Positions 25,467 through 39,208 of a stretch of 64,000 nucleotides of DNA are shown here, one piece after another. The DNA is from Escherichia coli (GTDB taxonomy: Bacteria; Pseudomonadota; Gammaproteobacteria; Enterobacterales; Enterobacteriaceae): NCBI RefSeq assembly GCF_029227855.1, contig NZ_CP074356.1; one strand, given 5' to 3'. Numbering within the stretch: position 1 is the stretch's first letter; every line of letters begins with the position of its first letter. Under the pieces are notes generated by a model. It did not search any database. It was given only the letters and a program-made list of their open reading frames with translations, and had not been told where the DNA came from. The position numbers and the translations under genes are program-made.

Positions 25467-25892
25467 TTAGTGCGGAAATATTTGTGTAGTGTTCTGAATG
25501 TTCTCAGTAAAGAGTAATGAATTATCAAAGGTATAGTAATACCTTTTGTTTTCGTGGATATTTGTAATCCATCTGAAAACCCCTGCTGTAGCAAGATTTT
25601 TCCTGTATTCGTAAAATGATAACTCTCCTGATTTGAATCCTTTTAAGGTGGCTTCTATAAGGCATTTATTTTTTGAAAATCTTACATTTACAACCTTACC
25701 CTGTCCTTTTATTAAAACCGTATTATCGTTTTCAAGAACAAGATGAATATTCTCTGTGGCTAAATAGTAAATGTAATGTGAGACATTGTGACGTTTTAGT
25801 TCAGAATAAAACCAGTGATAGTTTAAATTATTTCGCACTTTATCGAATATTTGTTTAAAAATGGCAATCTGAGCCATTGTAGTACCTTCCAT
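25467..25892 (-). CDS. Hypothetical protein, AT-rich moron
   Basis: Track ORF; likely start at the MAQIAIFKQ methionine. Confidence 0.4.
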   Translation of the reverse strand: MEGTTMAQIAIFKQIFDKVRNNLNYHWFYSELKRHNVSHYIYYLATENIHLVLENDNTVLIKGQGKVVNVRFSKNKCLIEATLKGFKSGELSFYEYRKNLATAGVFRWITNIHENKRYYYTFDNSLLFTENIQNTTQIFPH

Positions 25893-25934
25893 GTGATATG
25901 AGGGGGCGTAGTCTGCACGATTATCTAAATTGCT

Positions 25935-26168
25935 TCAATCTGGTCTGACCTGTTTTCTGAGCAATTCAGTAATGTCACTCTTTTCTTTGTTTGCTTCAGG
26001 CGAAACTCTTTTTTCTGAGCACAGTCTCCGGCGGCAGGCTTCAATGACCCAGGCTGAGAAATTCCCGGACCCTTTTTGAACAAGAGCGATGTTAATTTGT
26101 TCAATCATTTGGTTAGGAAAGCGGATGTTGCGGGTTGTTGTTCTGCGGGTTCTGTTCTTCGTTGACAT
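25935..26168 (-). CDS. Small basic putative DNA-binding protein (77 aa)
   Basis: MSTKNRTRRTTTRNIRFPNQMIEQINIALVQKG...; RHH-like pattern. Confidence 0.45.
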   Translation of the reverse strand: MSTKNRTRRTTTRNIRFPNQMIEQINIALVQKGSGNFSAWVIEACRRRLCSEKRVSPEANKEKSDITELLRKQVRPD

Positions 26169-26339
26169 GAGGTTGCCCTGTATTCAGTGTCGCTGATTTG
26201 TATTGTCTGAAGTTGTTTTTACGTTAGGTTGATGCAGATCAATTAATACGATACCTGCGTCATAATTGATTATTTGACGTGGTTTGATGGCCTCCACGCA
26301 CGTTGTGATATGTAGATGATAATCATTATCGCTTTACGG

Positions 26340-26540
26340 GTCCTTTCCGGTGATCCGACAGGTTACGGGGCGGCGACCTCGCGGGTTTTCGCTATTTATG
26401 AAAATTTTCTGGGGAAAATCATGTCGGTACTTCTCGAACATAACTATTTGTTTTTTCTAATATCGAATCCGTAAAAGGTCCGACATGAAAACGCCTAAAA
26501 AAGTCATTTTCGGGCACTTTCATGTCGGCCCCTGTATTTA
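26340..26540 (+). other. Prophage cos site: lambda-identical cosN (cohesive end GGGCGGCGACCT at 26369..26380) with a non-lambda cosB (three CATGTCGG-type elements)
   Basis: ACGGGTCCTTTCCGGTGATCCGACAGGTTACG|GGGCGGCGACCT|CGCGGGTTTTCGCTATTTATGAAAATTTTC matches lambda; downstream repeats differ from lambda R sites. Confidence 0.8.
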
Positions 26541-26555
26541 TTGTGAGACTGTTTC

Positions 26556-27075
26556 ATGAAGGTTAATAAAAAGAAACTTGCCGAAATTTTCAACGTGGAT
26601 CCGCGAACGATTGAACGCTGGCAGTCTCAGGGACTCCCTTGCGTCTCCGGAGGTGGTAAGGGCGTTGAATCTGTATTTGATACCGCCATGGCAATTCAGT
26701 GGTATGCGCAGAGGGAAGCTGATATCGAAAATGAAAAACTCCGTAAAGAGGTTGAGGATTACAGGGCTGCCAGTGAGGCAGATCTCCAGCCTGGGACTAT
26801 TGAGTACGAACGCCATCGACTTACGCGTGCGCAGGCCGACGCACAGGAGCTGAAGAATGCCAGAGACTCCGCAGAGGTGGTGGAAACCGCATTCTGTACT
26901 TTCGTGCTGTCACGGATCGCAGGTGAAATTGCCAGTATTCTTGACGGGATCCCTCTCTCGGTACAGCGGCGTTTTCCGGAACTGGAAAACCGACATGTTG
27001 ATTTCCTGAAACGGGATATCATCAAAGCCATGAACAAAGCAGCCGCGCTGGATGAACTGATACCGGGGTTGCTGA

Positions 27076-27101
<26 letters not shown>
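26556..27101 (+). CDS. Nu1: Terminase small subunit
   Basis: 181 aa collinear with lambda Nu1 (C-terminal two-thirds nearly identical; N-terminal DNA-binding region diverged). Confidence 0.9.
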
Positions 27102-30782
<3,681 letters not shown>

Positions 30783-30802
<20 letters not shown>

Positions 30803-32102
30803 TCTCCCGCATATTGCCAGCATGGCCTTTAATGAGCCGCTGATGCTTGAACCCGCCTATGCGCGGGTTTTCTTTTGTGCGCTTGCAGGCCAGCTTGGGA
30901 TCAGCCGCCTGACGGATGCGGTGTCCGGCGACAGCCTGACTGCCCAGGAGGCACTCGCGACGCTGGCATTATCCGGTGATGATGACGGACCACGACAGGC
31001 CCGCAGTTATCAGGTCATGAACGGCATCGCCGTGCTGCCGGTGTCCGGCACGCTGGTCAGCCGGACGCGGGCGCTGCAGCCGTACTCGGGGATGACCGGT
31101 TACAACGGCATTATCGCCCGTCTGCAACAGGCTGCCAGCGATCCGATGGTGGACGGCATTCTGCTCGATATGGACACGCCCGGCGGGATGGTGGCGGGGG
31201 CATTTGACTGCGCTGACATCATCGCCCGTGTGCGTGACATAAAACCGGTATGGGCGCTTGCCAACGACATGAACTGCAGTGCAGGTCAGTTGCTTGCCAG
31301 TGCCGCCTCCCGGCGTCTGGTCACGCAGACCGCCCGGACAGGCTCCATCGGCGTCATGATGGCTCACAGTAATTACGGTGCTGCGCTGGAGAAACAGGGT
31401 GTGGAAATCACGCTGATTTACAGCGGCAGCCATAAGGTGGATGGCAACCCCTACAGCCATCTTCCGGATGACGTCCGGGAGACACTGCAGTACCGGATGG
31501 ACGCAACCCGCCAGATGTTTGCGCAGAAGGTGTCGGCATATACCGGCCTGTCCGTGCAGGCTGTGCTGGATACCGAGGCTGCAGTGTACAGCGGTCAGGA
31601 GGCCATTGATGCCGGACTGGCTGATGAACTTGTTAACAGCACCGATGCGATCACCGTCATGCGTGATGCACTGGATGCACGTAAATCCCGTCTCTCAGGA
31701 GGGCGAATGACCAAAGAGACTCAATCAACAACTGTTTCAGCCACTGCTTCGCAGGCTGACGTTACTGACGTGGTGCCAGCGACGGAGGGCGAAAACGCCA
31801 GCGCGGCGCAGCCGGACGTGAACGCGCAGATCACCGCAGCGGTTGCGGCAGAAAACAGCCGCATTATGGGGATCCTCAACTGTGAGGAGGCTCACGGACG
31901 CGAAGAACAGGCGCGCGTTCTGGCAGAAACCCCCGGTATGACCGTGGAAACGGCCCGCCGCATTCTGGCCGCAGCACCACAGAGTGCACAGGCGCGCAGT
32001 GACACTGCGCTGGATCGTCTGATGCAGGGTGCACCGGCACCGCTGGCTGCAGGTAACCCGGCATCTGATGCCGTTAACGATTTGCTGAACACACCAGTGT
32101 AA
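30783..32102 (+). CDS. C: Head maturation protease / scaffold C
   Basis: GTG start giving VTAELRNLPHIASMAFNEPLMLEP..., 439 aa as lambda gpC; track ORF begins further upstream in the same frame. Confidence 0.9.
31707..32102 (+). CDS. Nu3: Scaffolding protein Nu3 (in-frame internal start within C)
   Basis: Internal ATG giving MTKETQSTTVSATASQ..., 131 aa, same frame as C. Confidence 0.6.
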   Translation: MTKETQSTTVSATASQADVTDVVPATEGENASAAQPDVNAQITAAVAAENSRIMGILNCEEAHGREEQARVLAETPGMTVETARRILAAAPQSAQARSDTALDRLMQGAPAPLAAGNPASDAVNDLLNTPV

Positions 32103-32111
32103 GGGATGTTT

Positions 32112-32444
32112 ATGACGAGCAAAGAAACCTTTACCCATTACCAGCCGCTGGGCAACAGTGACCCGGCTCATACCGCAACCGCGCCAGGCGGATTGAGTGC
32201 GAAAGCGCCTGCAATGACCCCGCTGATGCTGGACACCTCCACCCGTAAGCTGGTTGCGTGGGATGGCACCACCGACGGTGCTGCTGTCGGCATTCTTGCT
32301 GTTGCTGCTGACCAGACCAGCACCACGCTGACGTTCTACAAGTCCGGCACGTTCCGTTATGAGGATGTGCTCTGGCCGGAGGCTGCCAGCGACGAGACGA
32401 AAAAACGGACCGCGTTTGCCGGAACGGCAATCAGCATCGTTTAA
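32112..32444 (+). CDS. D: Head decoration protein D
   Basis: [27 protein letters not shown]...; lambda gpD. Confidence 0.9.
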   Translation: MTSKETFTHYQPLGNSDPAHTATAPGGLSAKAPAMTPLMLDTSTRKLVAWDGTTDGAAVGILAVAADQTSTTLTFYKSGTFRYEDVLWPEAASDETKKRTAFAGTAISIV

Positions 32445-32499
32445 CCTTACCCTTCATCACTAAAGGCCGCCTGTGCGGCTTTTTTTACGGGATTTTTTT

Positions 32500-32775
32500 A
32501 TGTCGATGTACACAACCGCCCAGCTGCTGGCGGCAAATGAGCAGAAATTTAAGTTTGATCCGCTGTTTCTGCGTCTCTTTTTCCGTGAGAGCTATCCCTT
32601 CACCACGGAGAAAGTCTATCTCTCACAAATTCCGGGGCTGGTAAACATGGCGCTGTACGTTTCGCCGATTGTTTCCGGTGAGGTTATCCGCTCCCGTGGC
32701 GGCTCCACCTCTGAATTTACGCCGGGATATGTCAAGCCGAAGCACTTAGCATGGCTTTCTGAGGCTTTCGTGTAG
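32500..32775 (+). pseudogene. E: Major capsid protein E, 5' fragment (codons 1-82) disrupted by insertion
   Basis: MSMYTTAQLLAANEQKFKFDPLFLRLFFRESYPF...EFTPGYVKPKH matches lambda gpE, then reads into foreign sequence (LAWLSEAFV, stop at 32775). Confidence 0.85.
32735..32744 (+). repeat. Left copy of 10-bp direct repeat AGCCGAAGCA (putative att core of the inserted element)
   Basis: Identical 10-mer at 43864..43873 exactly where E homology resumes. Confidence 0.6.
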
Positions 32776-32907
32776 CTGCTGGTTTTTACACTTAATCTTT
32801 TGATAATAAAGAATAAGTTTATCTGGCGCTTTCACTGAATTTTCCTCGTTATCTGTGTGTTGCAATCATCTCTGTATTGCAGCTTGTATTGCTTTTTGGG
32901 GCTAAAA

Positions 32908-34143
32908 ATGGCTGGCGAGAACAAACTGAGCGACAAAGCGCTTAAAGGATATCTGGGGAAACCCAGAGAAAAGCAGATCACCATTGCTGATGGAAAGGGG
33001 CTTTCTATTCGTGTGAGTACTAAAGGGGCTGTGAGCTTTGTTTTCTTCTACAGGTTAGCAGGTGGCCGGGCTGCTCCGGTCTGGCTAACGTTGGGTAAAT
33101 ATCCTGATATGTCACTCAAACAGGCAAGGGAAAAGCGCGACGAGTGCCGTGGTTGGTTGGCTGACAAACGTGATCCGCGTATCCAGATTAAGATTCAGGC
33201 TGAAGAACGCTTAAAGCCGGTCACAGTGGAGGATGCACTAAATTACTGGTATGAAAATTACTGTAAGGTGCGTCGTAAAACTCATGCTGTAACGCTTGGC
33301 AGATTTCGAAAGCATATCTTTCCCTATATCGGTCATTTGCCCGTAAATGACACTCACCTATATGAATAGCTGGACTGTTTTGACCGAATTAAACGTAATG
33401 CACCAGTTATGGCGGCGTATGTTTTTTCTGACACTAAATTAGCTCTTCGTTTTTGTCGGGTACGCCAGTACGCGACGTGTGATGCTTTAAAGGATTTGCG
33501 CATGAGTGATGTGGGGCAGATTGCAGGTAAGCGGGATCGGGTTCTGGATGAGGTCGAACTCGGCCAGCTCTGGAAGGCAATTTTTGTCGAGCCTGATTTA
33601 AAACTAATGTCTGAATACACGCGAAAAATGTTTGTGCTTTGTACAGTATTTGGATGTCGAATGAGTGAAGCCCGATTATCAGAATGGAGCGAATGGGATC
33701 TCGAAAGTTGGGTTTGGACTGTGCCAAAAGATCACTCAAAAACTGGTGTTGAAATCGTCAGACCAGTACCTGAAATTCTACGACAGTGGGTAACGGATGT
33801 TCACGAAGAGACAAAACATACTGGTTATGTGCTGGGAAGTCTGCGAATTAGAGAAAGCGTAAGCAAGATTGGGGGGAAAATCGGTAAACGTTTGGGCCAT
33901 GAAAAACAATGGTCACTACACGACCTTAGAAGAACGCTATCTACTCATCTAAGTGATCTCGGTGTTGAATTTTATGTAGTAGAACAACTGTTAGGCCATG
34001 CGCTACCTGGCGTGGCAGGTGTTTACAACCGGAGTAAGTTTATGGCTAAAAAACTGGATGCTCTGGAACTCTGGACTACATATCTCAATAGCATCGCAGC
34101 TGCTGATTCAAAAGTGACAATCCTCAAACAAAAGGCTGGTTAG
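32908..34143 (+). pseudogene. int: P4-type tyrosine integrase interrupted by an in-frame amber codon (TAG at 33367..33369)
   Basis: Track ORFs 32857..33369 and 33409..34143 are in the same frame; P4-int-like N-terminus (..KGLSIRVSTKGAVSFVFFYR..GKYPDMSLKQAREKRDE..); TAG sits where homologues have Trp. Confidence 0.8.
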
Positions 34144-34144
34144 C

Positions 34145-34375
34145 ATGAAAAAAATGGCAATTGTTGATAAAAAGGGTCTGGAGTACATTCCTAACATTGA
34201 CCGAATGATCCGTGAGAAAGAATGTCGGGAGCTAACTACTCTTGCGAACAGCACACGCTGGAAGCTGGAGAAGGAAGGAAAATTTCCTAAGCGGATCAAG
34301 ATTGGTTCCACTGCTGTTGCATATCGTCTTTCAGAAGTGCAGGCATGGATTCGAGGTGAGTGGGAAACAACTTAA
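34145..34375 (+). CDS. alpA: AlpA-family transcriptional regulator / excisionase-like protein
   Basis: 76 aa, HTH (..CRELTTLANSTRWKLEKEGKFPKRIKIGSTAVAYRLSEVQAWI..) directly after int. Confidence 0.75.
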   Translation: MKKMAIVDKKGLEYIPNIDRMIREKECRELTTLANSTRWKLEKEGKFPKRIKIGSTAVAYRLSEVQAWIRGEWETT

Positions 34376-34382
34376 CTATTAG

Positions 34383-35213
34383 GTGGGCATTGTGGCTATA
34401 TTTCATTATACAGATCTTTTTGGTTTGAAAGGTATATTAGACTCTAATTCTTTATGGGCTACAAACATATATTTCTTAAATGATAAAGAGGAGTCTAACC
34501 ATGGATGTGAATGCTTTCGAAATACAATTAAAATAGTTGATGACAATATCATTCCAAAAGATAAGAAAACTATTTTGCTCAAGTCTCTTGACATGTATGA
34601 GAAAGGGAGGTTACAAAAAGAAAAAGGGATTGATAAACATGTTTATAGCATCTCTTTTTGTAAGGAAAACGATAAGTTAAGTCAGTGGAGAGGTTACGGA
34701 AATAAACAGGGTGTTTGCATTGAGTTTGATGCGGATGAACTTGTGAGCTTTTCTCAAAATATTTATTTAAATTGTGTTGCACATGATGTTATATATTCAA
34801 ATAATAACGATATTACTAAGATGAGTAAGGAGTTGGGAGAGTTTTTTTCTTGTAATGGTATTAATATTAAAGAAATGAATGATCATTTTGTAACAATGGT
34901 CTCTACGTATCAATTTATATCTAAATACATCCCATTTTTTAAACATCCTAGTTTTATCGAAGAGAATGAATTTAGATTGGTATTTACTCCGTGGATGCAA
35001 ATGCCAGATGTGCACTTCAGAATAAATAATAATGGGATCATCCCTTATATCATCATTGATAATAAAGATAATAGAAAGTTACCAATTAAAAGCATTACAA
35101 TTGGCCCGACAAACGATTATGATTTCATTGAGGCTGGTATAAAAATGTTCTTGGATTCAAGAGGATTTAGTTCTGTGGAAATTAAATCCTCATCAATTCC
35201 ATTCAGGGGGTAA
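34383..35213 (+). CDS. DUF2971-like protein (276 aa), AT-rich cargo gene
   Basis: N-terminal IFHYTDLFGLKGILDSNSLWATNIYFLNDKEE resembles the DUF2971 signature; very low GC; start could be GTG 34383 or GTG 34391. Confidence 0.6.
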   Translation: MGIVAIFHYTDLFGLKGILDSNSLWATNIYFLNDKEESNHGCECFRNTIKIVDDNIIPKDKKTILLKSLDMYEKGRLQKEKGIDKHVYSISFCKENDKLSQWRGYGNKQGVCIEFDADELVSFSQNIYLNCVAHDVIYSNNNDITKMSKELGEFFSCNGINIKEMNDHFVTMVSTYQFISKYIPFFKHPSFIEENEFRLVFTPWMQMPDVHFRINNNGIIPYIIIDNKDNRKLPIKSITIGPTNDYDFIEAGIKMFLDSRGFSSVEIKSSSIPFRG

Positions 35214-35258
35214 GGATTAACACTTTTAATCTATGATATTATAAAAATGGTGGATAAA

Positions 35259-35278
35259 GGCGACCAGAATTGGTCGCC
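35259..35278. terminator. Bidirectional hairpin between convergent cargo genes
   Basis: AGGCGACCAGAATTGGTCGCC perfect inverted repeat. Confidence 0.4.
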
Positions 35279-35344
35279 AATGTGAGTATATAGTTAGCCT
35301 TAATCAGAATACGAGGTTATCGCCTGATAGGCAATGTGAACAGT

Positions 35345-35701
35345 TCAATATTTAGGTGGTTCAACAAGAGCGTTTATCATTGCTCTCAAATTATCGCGAA
35401 CACTTATCCAAGTCTGTTCTGCTCGTTCTAACTCATCAGTGTACAACTTTAATGTTTTATCTATGCCATATGTGGCTATTAAATTTATAGCTTCTTGTAA
35501 TTTTTCAGGATTATTCCTTCTTGGGGGAGTGAATATACCACGGATTTTTCCGGTAATTAAAGCTTTACGGTGTCTACATAGAATACCTTTACTTCCTGCT
35601 GGACAATTACAAGTCATGATTAGCGAGCCAGAATCGTTTGATACAGTGACTATGTATACATCCAAACTACTGCTACTTGTTGCGAAGAATTCGTATTTCA
35701 T
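35345..35701 (-). CDS. Small SWIM-type zinc-finger protein (118 aa)
   Basis: CNCPAGSKGILCRH (CxC..CxH) motif; AT-rich. Confidence 0.55.
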   Translation of the reverse strand: MKYEFFATSSSSLDVYIVTVSNDSGSLIMTCNCPAGSKGILCRHRKALITGKIRGIFTPPRRNNPEKLQEAINLIATYGIDKTLKLYTDELERAEQTWISVRDNLRAMINALVEPPKY

Positions 35702-35728
35702 GTGTTAGCTCCTTGACTTCAATTATTC

Positions 35729-35860
35729 TTATCCTTTTGGTTCAATACCGCGCCGTAGCAGCTCTTTGCGCCCTAATTCTTTAAGCCAGTTGGCTAGGCT
35801 TATGCCGTCGCTCTGCGCTTCTTTGTCGAATTGCTCTTTTAGCTCTGGAGAAATTCGCAT
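35729..35860 (-). CDS. Small ribbon-helix-helix-like protein (43 aa; longer in-frame form to 36043 possible)
   Basis: MRISPELKEQFDKEAQSDGISLANWLKELGRKELLRRGIEPKG; immediately upstream of the SWIM gene on the same strand. Confidence 0.45.
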   Translation of the reverse strand: MRISPELKEQFDKEAQSDGISLANWLKELGRKELLRRGIEPKG

Positions 35861-36059
35861 TCTGAATTGTGGAGATTGCCCATCACCCTTAGGACTTTTA
35901 TCGCGTTTGATCGTTGACAAGTGACCACCTATTGAATTAGCCTTTTCATTGTTAGGTGACCACCTTAACACGGGGGCACTTAAAAAAGCAAAGCCCGAAG
36001 GTGCTGGGAACACCAACGGGCTTCTAACCACCAACGATAGCAACAGTATCGAGGTAGCT

Positions 36060-36263
36060 ATGAGAAATCATACCACACACCCGCAAGGGCGGGACCCGCA
36101 CAACCTGAATAAATACATCTGGCGTTTTATCGCCTTGAGTACGGCACAACCGCGCATGATTACCATCGAGGCCATCAGCGAACAGGAAGCCCGCCAGCAA
36201 TCCCCAACTGGCTGCGTGATGGTATTCGCCGCCCGTATTCGTCAGGAGGTGTGCCGTGCTTAA
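36060..36263 (+). CDS. Small hypothetical satellite protein (67 aa)
   Basis: ATG with GAGG RBS; first of five tightly coupled small genes preceding the primase. Confidence 0.4.
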   Translation: MRNHTTHPQGRDPHNLNKYIWRFIALSTAQPRMITIEAISEQEARQQSPTGCVMVFAARIRQEVCRA

Positions 36264-36441
36264 AACCTTCCGTGTATTTGCCCGAGCTGTTAACCCACTG
36301 GGCCACACAATTGGTATCACTCAGAACGTGAAGGCTGTTAATGTTCAGACGGCTATTGCTGCGGTGAGAAGCGAATCATCAGAATATGGCTTATCACAAG
36401 TCATTATTTCAGCAGTGTATGAATTAAAAGAGGTGCATTAA
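36256..36441 (+). CDS. Small hypothetical satellite protein (61 aa)
   Basis: Track ORF, overlaps neighbours by a few nt. Confidence 0.4.
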   Translation: MLKTFRVFARAVNPLGHTIGITQNVKAVNVQTAIAAVRSESSEYGLSQVIISAVYELKEVH

Positions 36442-36632
36442 TGCAGGAAATCACATTACACGAAGCCGCTGAACGTGCGCACCAGACAGAAATTATTTGC
36501 CGCCTTCTTGAGGTATACCCGAACAAAATTACAGATGCTGATATATCCGCGCTGGCGAGCCTACTGGCGCGCCTTTCGGGAAGTGTCGCTAGTTTCCTGA
36601 TTGAGGAAGAAAGTAAGCTGGTGGGGGATTAA
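36441..36632 (+). CDS. Small hypothetical satellite protein (63 aa)
   Basis: Track ORF, start overlaps upstream stop. Confidence 0.4.
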   Translation: MQEITLHEAAERAHQTEIICRLLEVYPNKITDADISALASLLARLSGSVASFLIEEESKLVGD

Positions 36633-36854
36633 ATGAATACAGAACGGGAAGTCTTTTTTAAATTGTTAGCATGTGCAGAAAGTTCATTAACTTTAAATAA
36701 TTCAGCAAAAGCAATATTAAATATGTGGCTTGATTGCATAAATGACAATGAAGATGCAAATATTGCTTATGGCCTGTTGTCACTTATTGATGAATCAGCA
36801 GAAAAACTCAATGACGCAATAAATAGTGCCCTGCTATCAAATAAGTCGAGTTAA
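36633..36854 (+). CDS. Small hypothetical satellite protein (73 aa)
   Basis: Track ORF. Confidence 0.4.
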   Translation: MNTEREVFFKLLACAESSLTLNNSAKAILNMWLDCINDNEDANIAYGLLSLIDESAEKLNDAINSALLSNKSS

Positions 36855-36871
36855 GTCGAGGAATAAATAAT

Positions 36872-37171
36872 ATGGAAATGAAAAATTCTGGCTTTATTGC
36901 CAGCGGCCCCGCTCGGCCTGAATTTATGAACGGCGATATTTACCGCGATAAATACGGCGGCACGGTAACGATTAAAGGCGTGGCAGAACGGCGCATCACT
37001 TACCGCCGTGAGGGGTATAGCTATGACTGCGTGATGCCTGTTTATCAGTTCCGGCGTGATTTTTCCCTGGTATATGCCGCACCCCGCAGTAAGCCCATCA
37101 GCAGGGAAAAAGCGCGGGGAAACATCCAGAAAATGAAAAGCATGATTAACGCATTCAGGGGCAAAAAATGA
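36872..37171 (+). CDS. Small hypothetical satellite protein (99 aa)
   Basis: Track ORF, stop overlaps primase start. Confidence 0.45.
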   Translation: MEMKNSGFIASGPARPEFMNGDIYRDKYGGTVTIKGVAERRITYRREGYSYDCVMPVYQFRRDFSLVYAAPRSKPISREKARGNIQKMKSMINAFRGKK

Positions 37172-38919
37172 AACTGGCACCGAACTTAAAAAAACAGCCA
37201 CGCGACAGACTGACAGAGGTAATCATCTTTGCAGGTAGTGATGCGTGGAGCCATGCGAAAGAGTGGCGGGAATGGGCGGGTAAACATATTGCCGCCGACG
37301 ATGTGCCGCCTGTCGTGCTGGCTGATGAGCAACTGAAAAATATCACCGATTACCGGATCATTGATGAAGATCGTCAGTGTGTGCGTGTTTACCGCGCAGG
37401 ACATATCACAGAGCACAGCATGACGCAGATTGTTACGTTACTGGCTGTGGCTGGAGTGAAGACCGTACACGAATACGCGGGGATTACTGACACCAGCCCA
37501 GTGGATTTATCCGAGCAGTTGCCGCGACTCAAAGAGGAATGCGAGCGTGGGGAAAGTCTGGTGCTTAATCTTCCGACGAAGCAAAAGGCGCAACTTTCAC
37601 AGATGGCAGACAGTGAACGTGCACAACTACTTGCCGATCGCTTTGATGGTGTGTGTGTTCATGCAGAAAGTGAAATCGTCCACGTATGGCGCGGCGGGGT
37701 ATGGTGTCCGGTCAGCACAATGGAGCTGAGCCGCGAAATGGTGGCGATCTATTCAGAGCACAGGGCCACGTTCAGCAAACGTGTAATCAATAACGCCGTG
37801 GAAGCGTTAAAAGTTATTGCCGACCCCATGGGGGAGCCGTCCGGTGATTTGCTACCGTTCACTAATGGTGTGCTTAACCTGAAAACGGGGGAATTTTCTC
37901 CGCACTCGCCGGAGCACTGGAGCACCACGCACAATGGCATTGAGTACACGCCACCAGTAGCAGGGGAAAACATCCGCGATAATGCGCCAAATTTCCATAA
38001 ATGGCTTGAACATGCTGCAAGAAAAGACCCGCGCAAGATGATGCGTATATGTGCCGCGTTATACATGATTATGGCGAACCGCTACGACTGGCAGATGTTC
38101 ATTGAGGCCACCGGAGACGGGGGAAGCGGTAAGAGTACATTTACCCATATTGCCACCCTGCTTGCTGGCAAACAGAACACCGTAAGCGCGGAGATGACAT
38201 CACTCGATGATGCAGGAGGGCGCGCGCAGGTTGTCGGGAGTCGTCTTATCGTCCTTGCCGATCAGCCGAAATATACGGGGGAAGGCACGGGCATCAAGAA
38301 AATCACGGGAGGCGATCCCGTTGAAATTAACCCGAAATATGAGAAGCGATTCACGACGATAATAAGGGCGGTGGTACTGGCAACCAATAACGACCCGATG
38401 ATCTTTACCGAACGGGCCGGAGGTGTGTCACGCCGTCGGGTGATTTTCCGGTTCGACAACATTGTAAGGGAGGACGAAAAAGACAAGGAATTACCGGAAA
38501 AGATAGCGGCAGAAATCCCCGTAATTATCCGCCGCTTGCTGGCTAATTTTGCTGACCCTGAAAAGGCACGGGCTTTATTACTGGAACAGCGTGACGGTGA
38601 TGAAGCTCTGGCAATAAAGCAGCAAACGGATCCGGTTGTTGAGCTTTGCGCGGCGCTGGAGTTTCTGGAGGAAGCTCGTGGGCTAATGATGGGCGGTGGT
38701 GGTGACACCGTGAAGTACACGACCAGAAACAGCCTTTACCGTGTCTATATGGCCTTCATGGCATACACAGGAAAGGGGAAATGTTTGAGCGTGAATGAGT
38801 TCGGAAAGGCTATGAGGTCAGCGGCGAAAGTTTACGGATATGAATATATTACGCGAAAAGTTAAGGGAGTCACGCAGACCAACGCAACGACTACTGATGA
38901 TTGCGATGCGTTTTTATAA
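37168..38919 (+). CDS. Primase/replicase (P4 alpha / D5-type), 583 aa
   Basis: Walker A GDGGSGKST in the C-terminal half; large N-terminal domain; followed by iterons. Confidence 0.8.
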   Translation: MKLAPNLKKQPRDRLTEVIIFAGSDAWSHAKEWREWAGKHIAADDVPPVVLADEQLKNITDYRIIDEDRQCVRVYRAGHITEHSMTQIVTLLAVAGVKTVHEYAGITDTSPVDLSEQLPRLKEECERGESLVLNLPTKQKAQLSQMADSERAQLLADRFDGVCVHAESEIVHVWRGGVWCPVSTMELSREMVAIYSEHRATFSKRVINNAVEALKVIADPMGEPSGDLLPFTNGVLNLKTGEFSPHSPEHWSTTHNGIEYTPPVAGENIRDNAPNFHKWLEHAARKDPRKMMRICAALYMIMANRYDWQMFIEATGDGGSGKSTFTHIATLLAGKQNTVSAEMTSLDDAGGRAQVVGSRLIVLADQPKYTGEGTGIKKITGGDPVEINPKYEKRFTTIIRAVVLATNNDPMIFTERAGGVSRRRVIFRFDNIVREDEKDKELPEKIAAEIPVIIRRLLANFADPEKARALLLEQRDGDEALAIKQQTDPVVELCAALEFLEEARGLMMGGGGDTVKYTTRNSLYRVYMAFMAYTGKGKCLSVNEFGKAMRSAAKVYGYEYITRKVKGVTQTNATTTDDCDAFL

Positions 38920-38935
38920 AAAATGGCAATGGTTA

Positions 38936-39170
38936 TCTACCTTGTCTACCTGACTGAAAGAAAATACTTTTATTTCAATGTATTAATGCAGGTAGATAAC
39001 TATTTTTCACTGTCTACCTGTTATCTACCTTATCTACCCATTTTTGTAGACAGGTAAGGAGACGGGTAGAGATGAGGTAGACAGCTATTTGGGGCTGTCT
39101 ACCTCCCTGAAACCCGCGCCATTACTGGCCTGATAACTAATCAGGTAGACAAGGTAGACAAGGTGGTGGT
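38936..39170. repeat. Iteron array (putative satellite replication origin)
   Basis: About 12 copies of (A/G)TCTACC / GGTAGA(C/T) in both orientations within ~235 bp. Confidence 0.7.
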
Positions 39171-39208
39171 GCACAAAAAACTTTTTAAACGAGGGGGTAA
39201 AAATAAAA

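Noticed and set aside
38936-39170. Possible CRISPR array
   Set aside because: Repeats are 7-bp motifs in both orientations with irregular spacing and no spacer structure; consistent with iterons.
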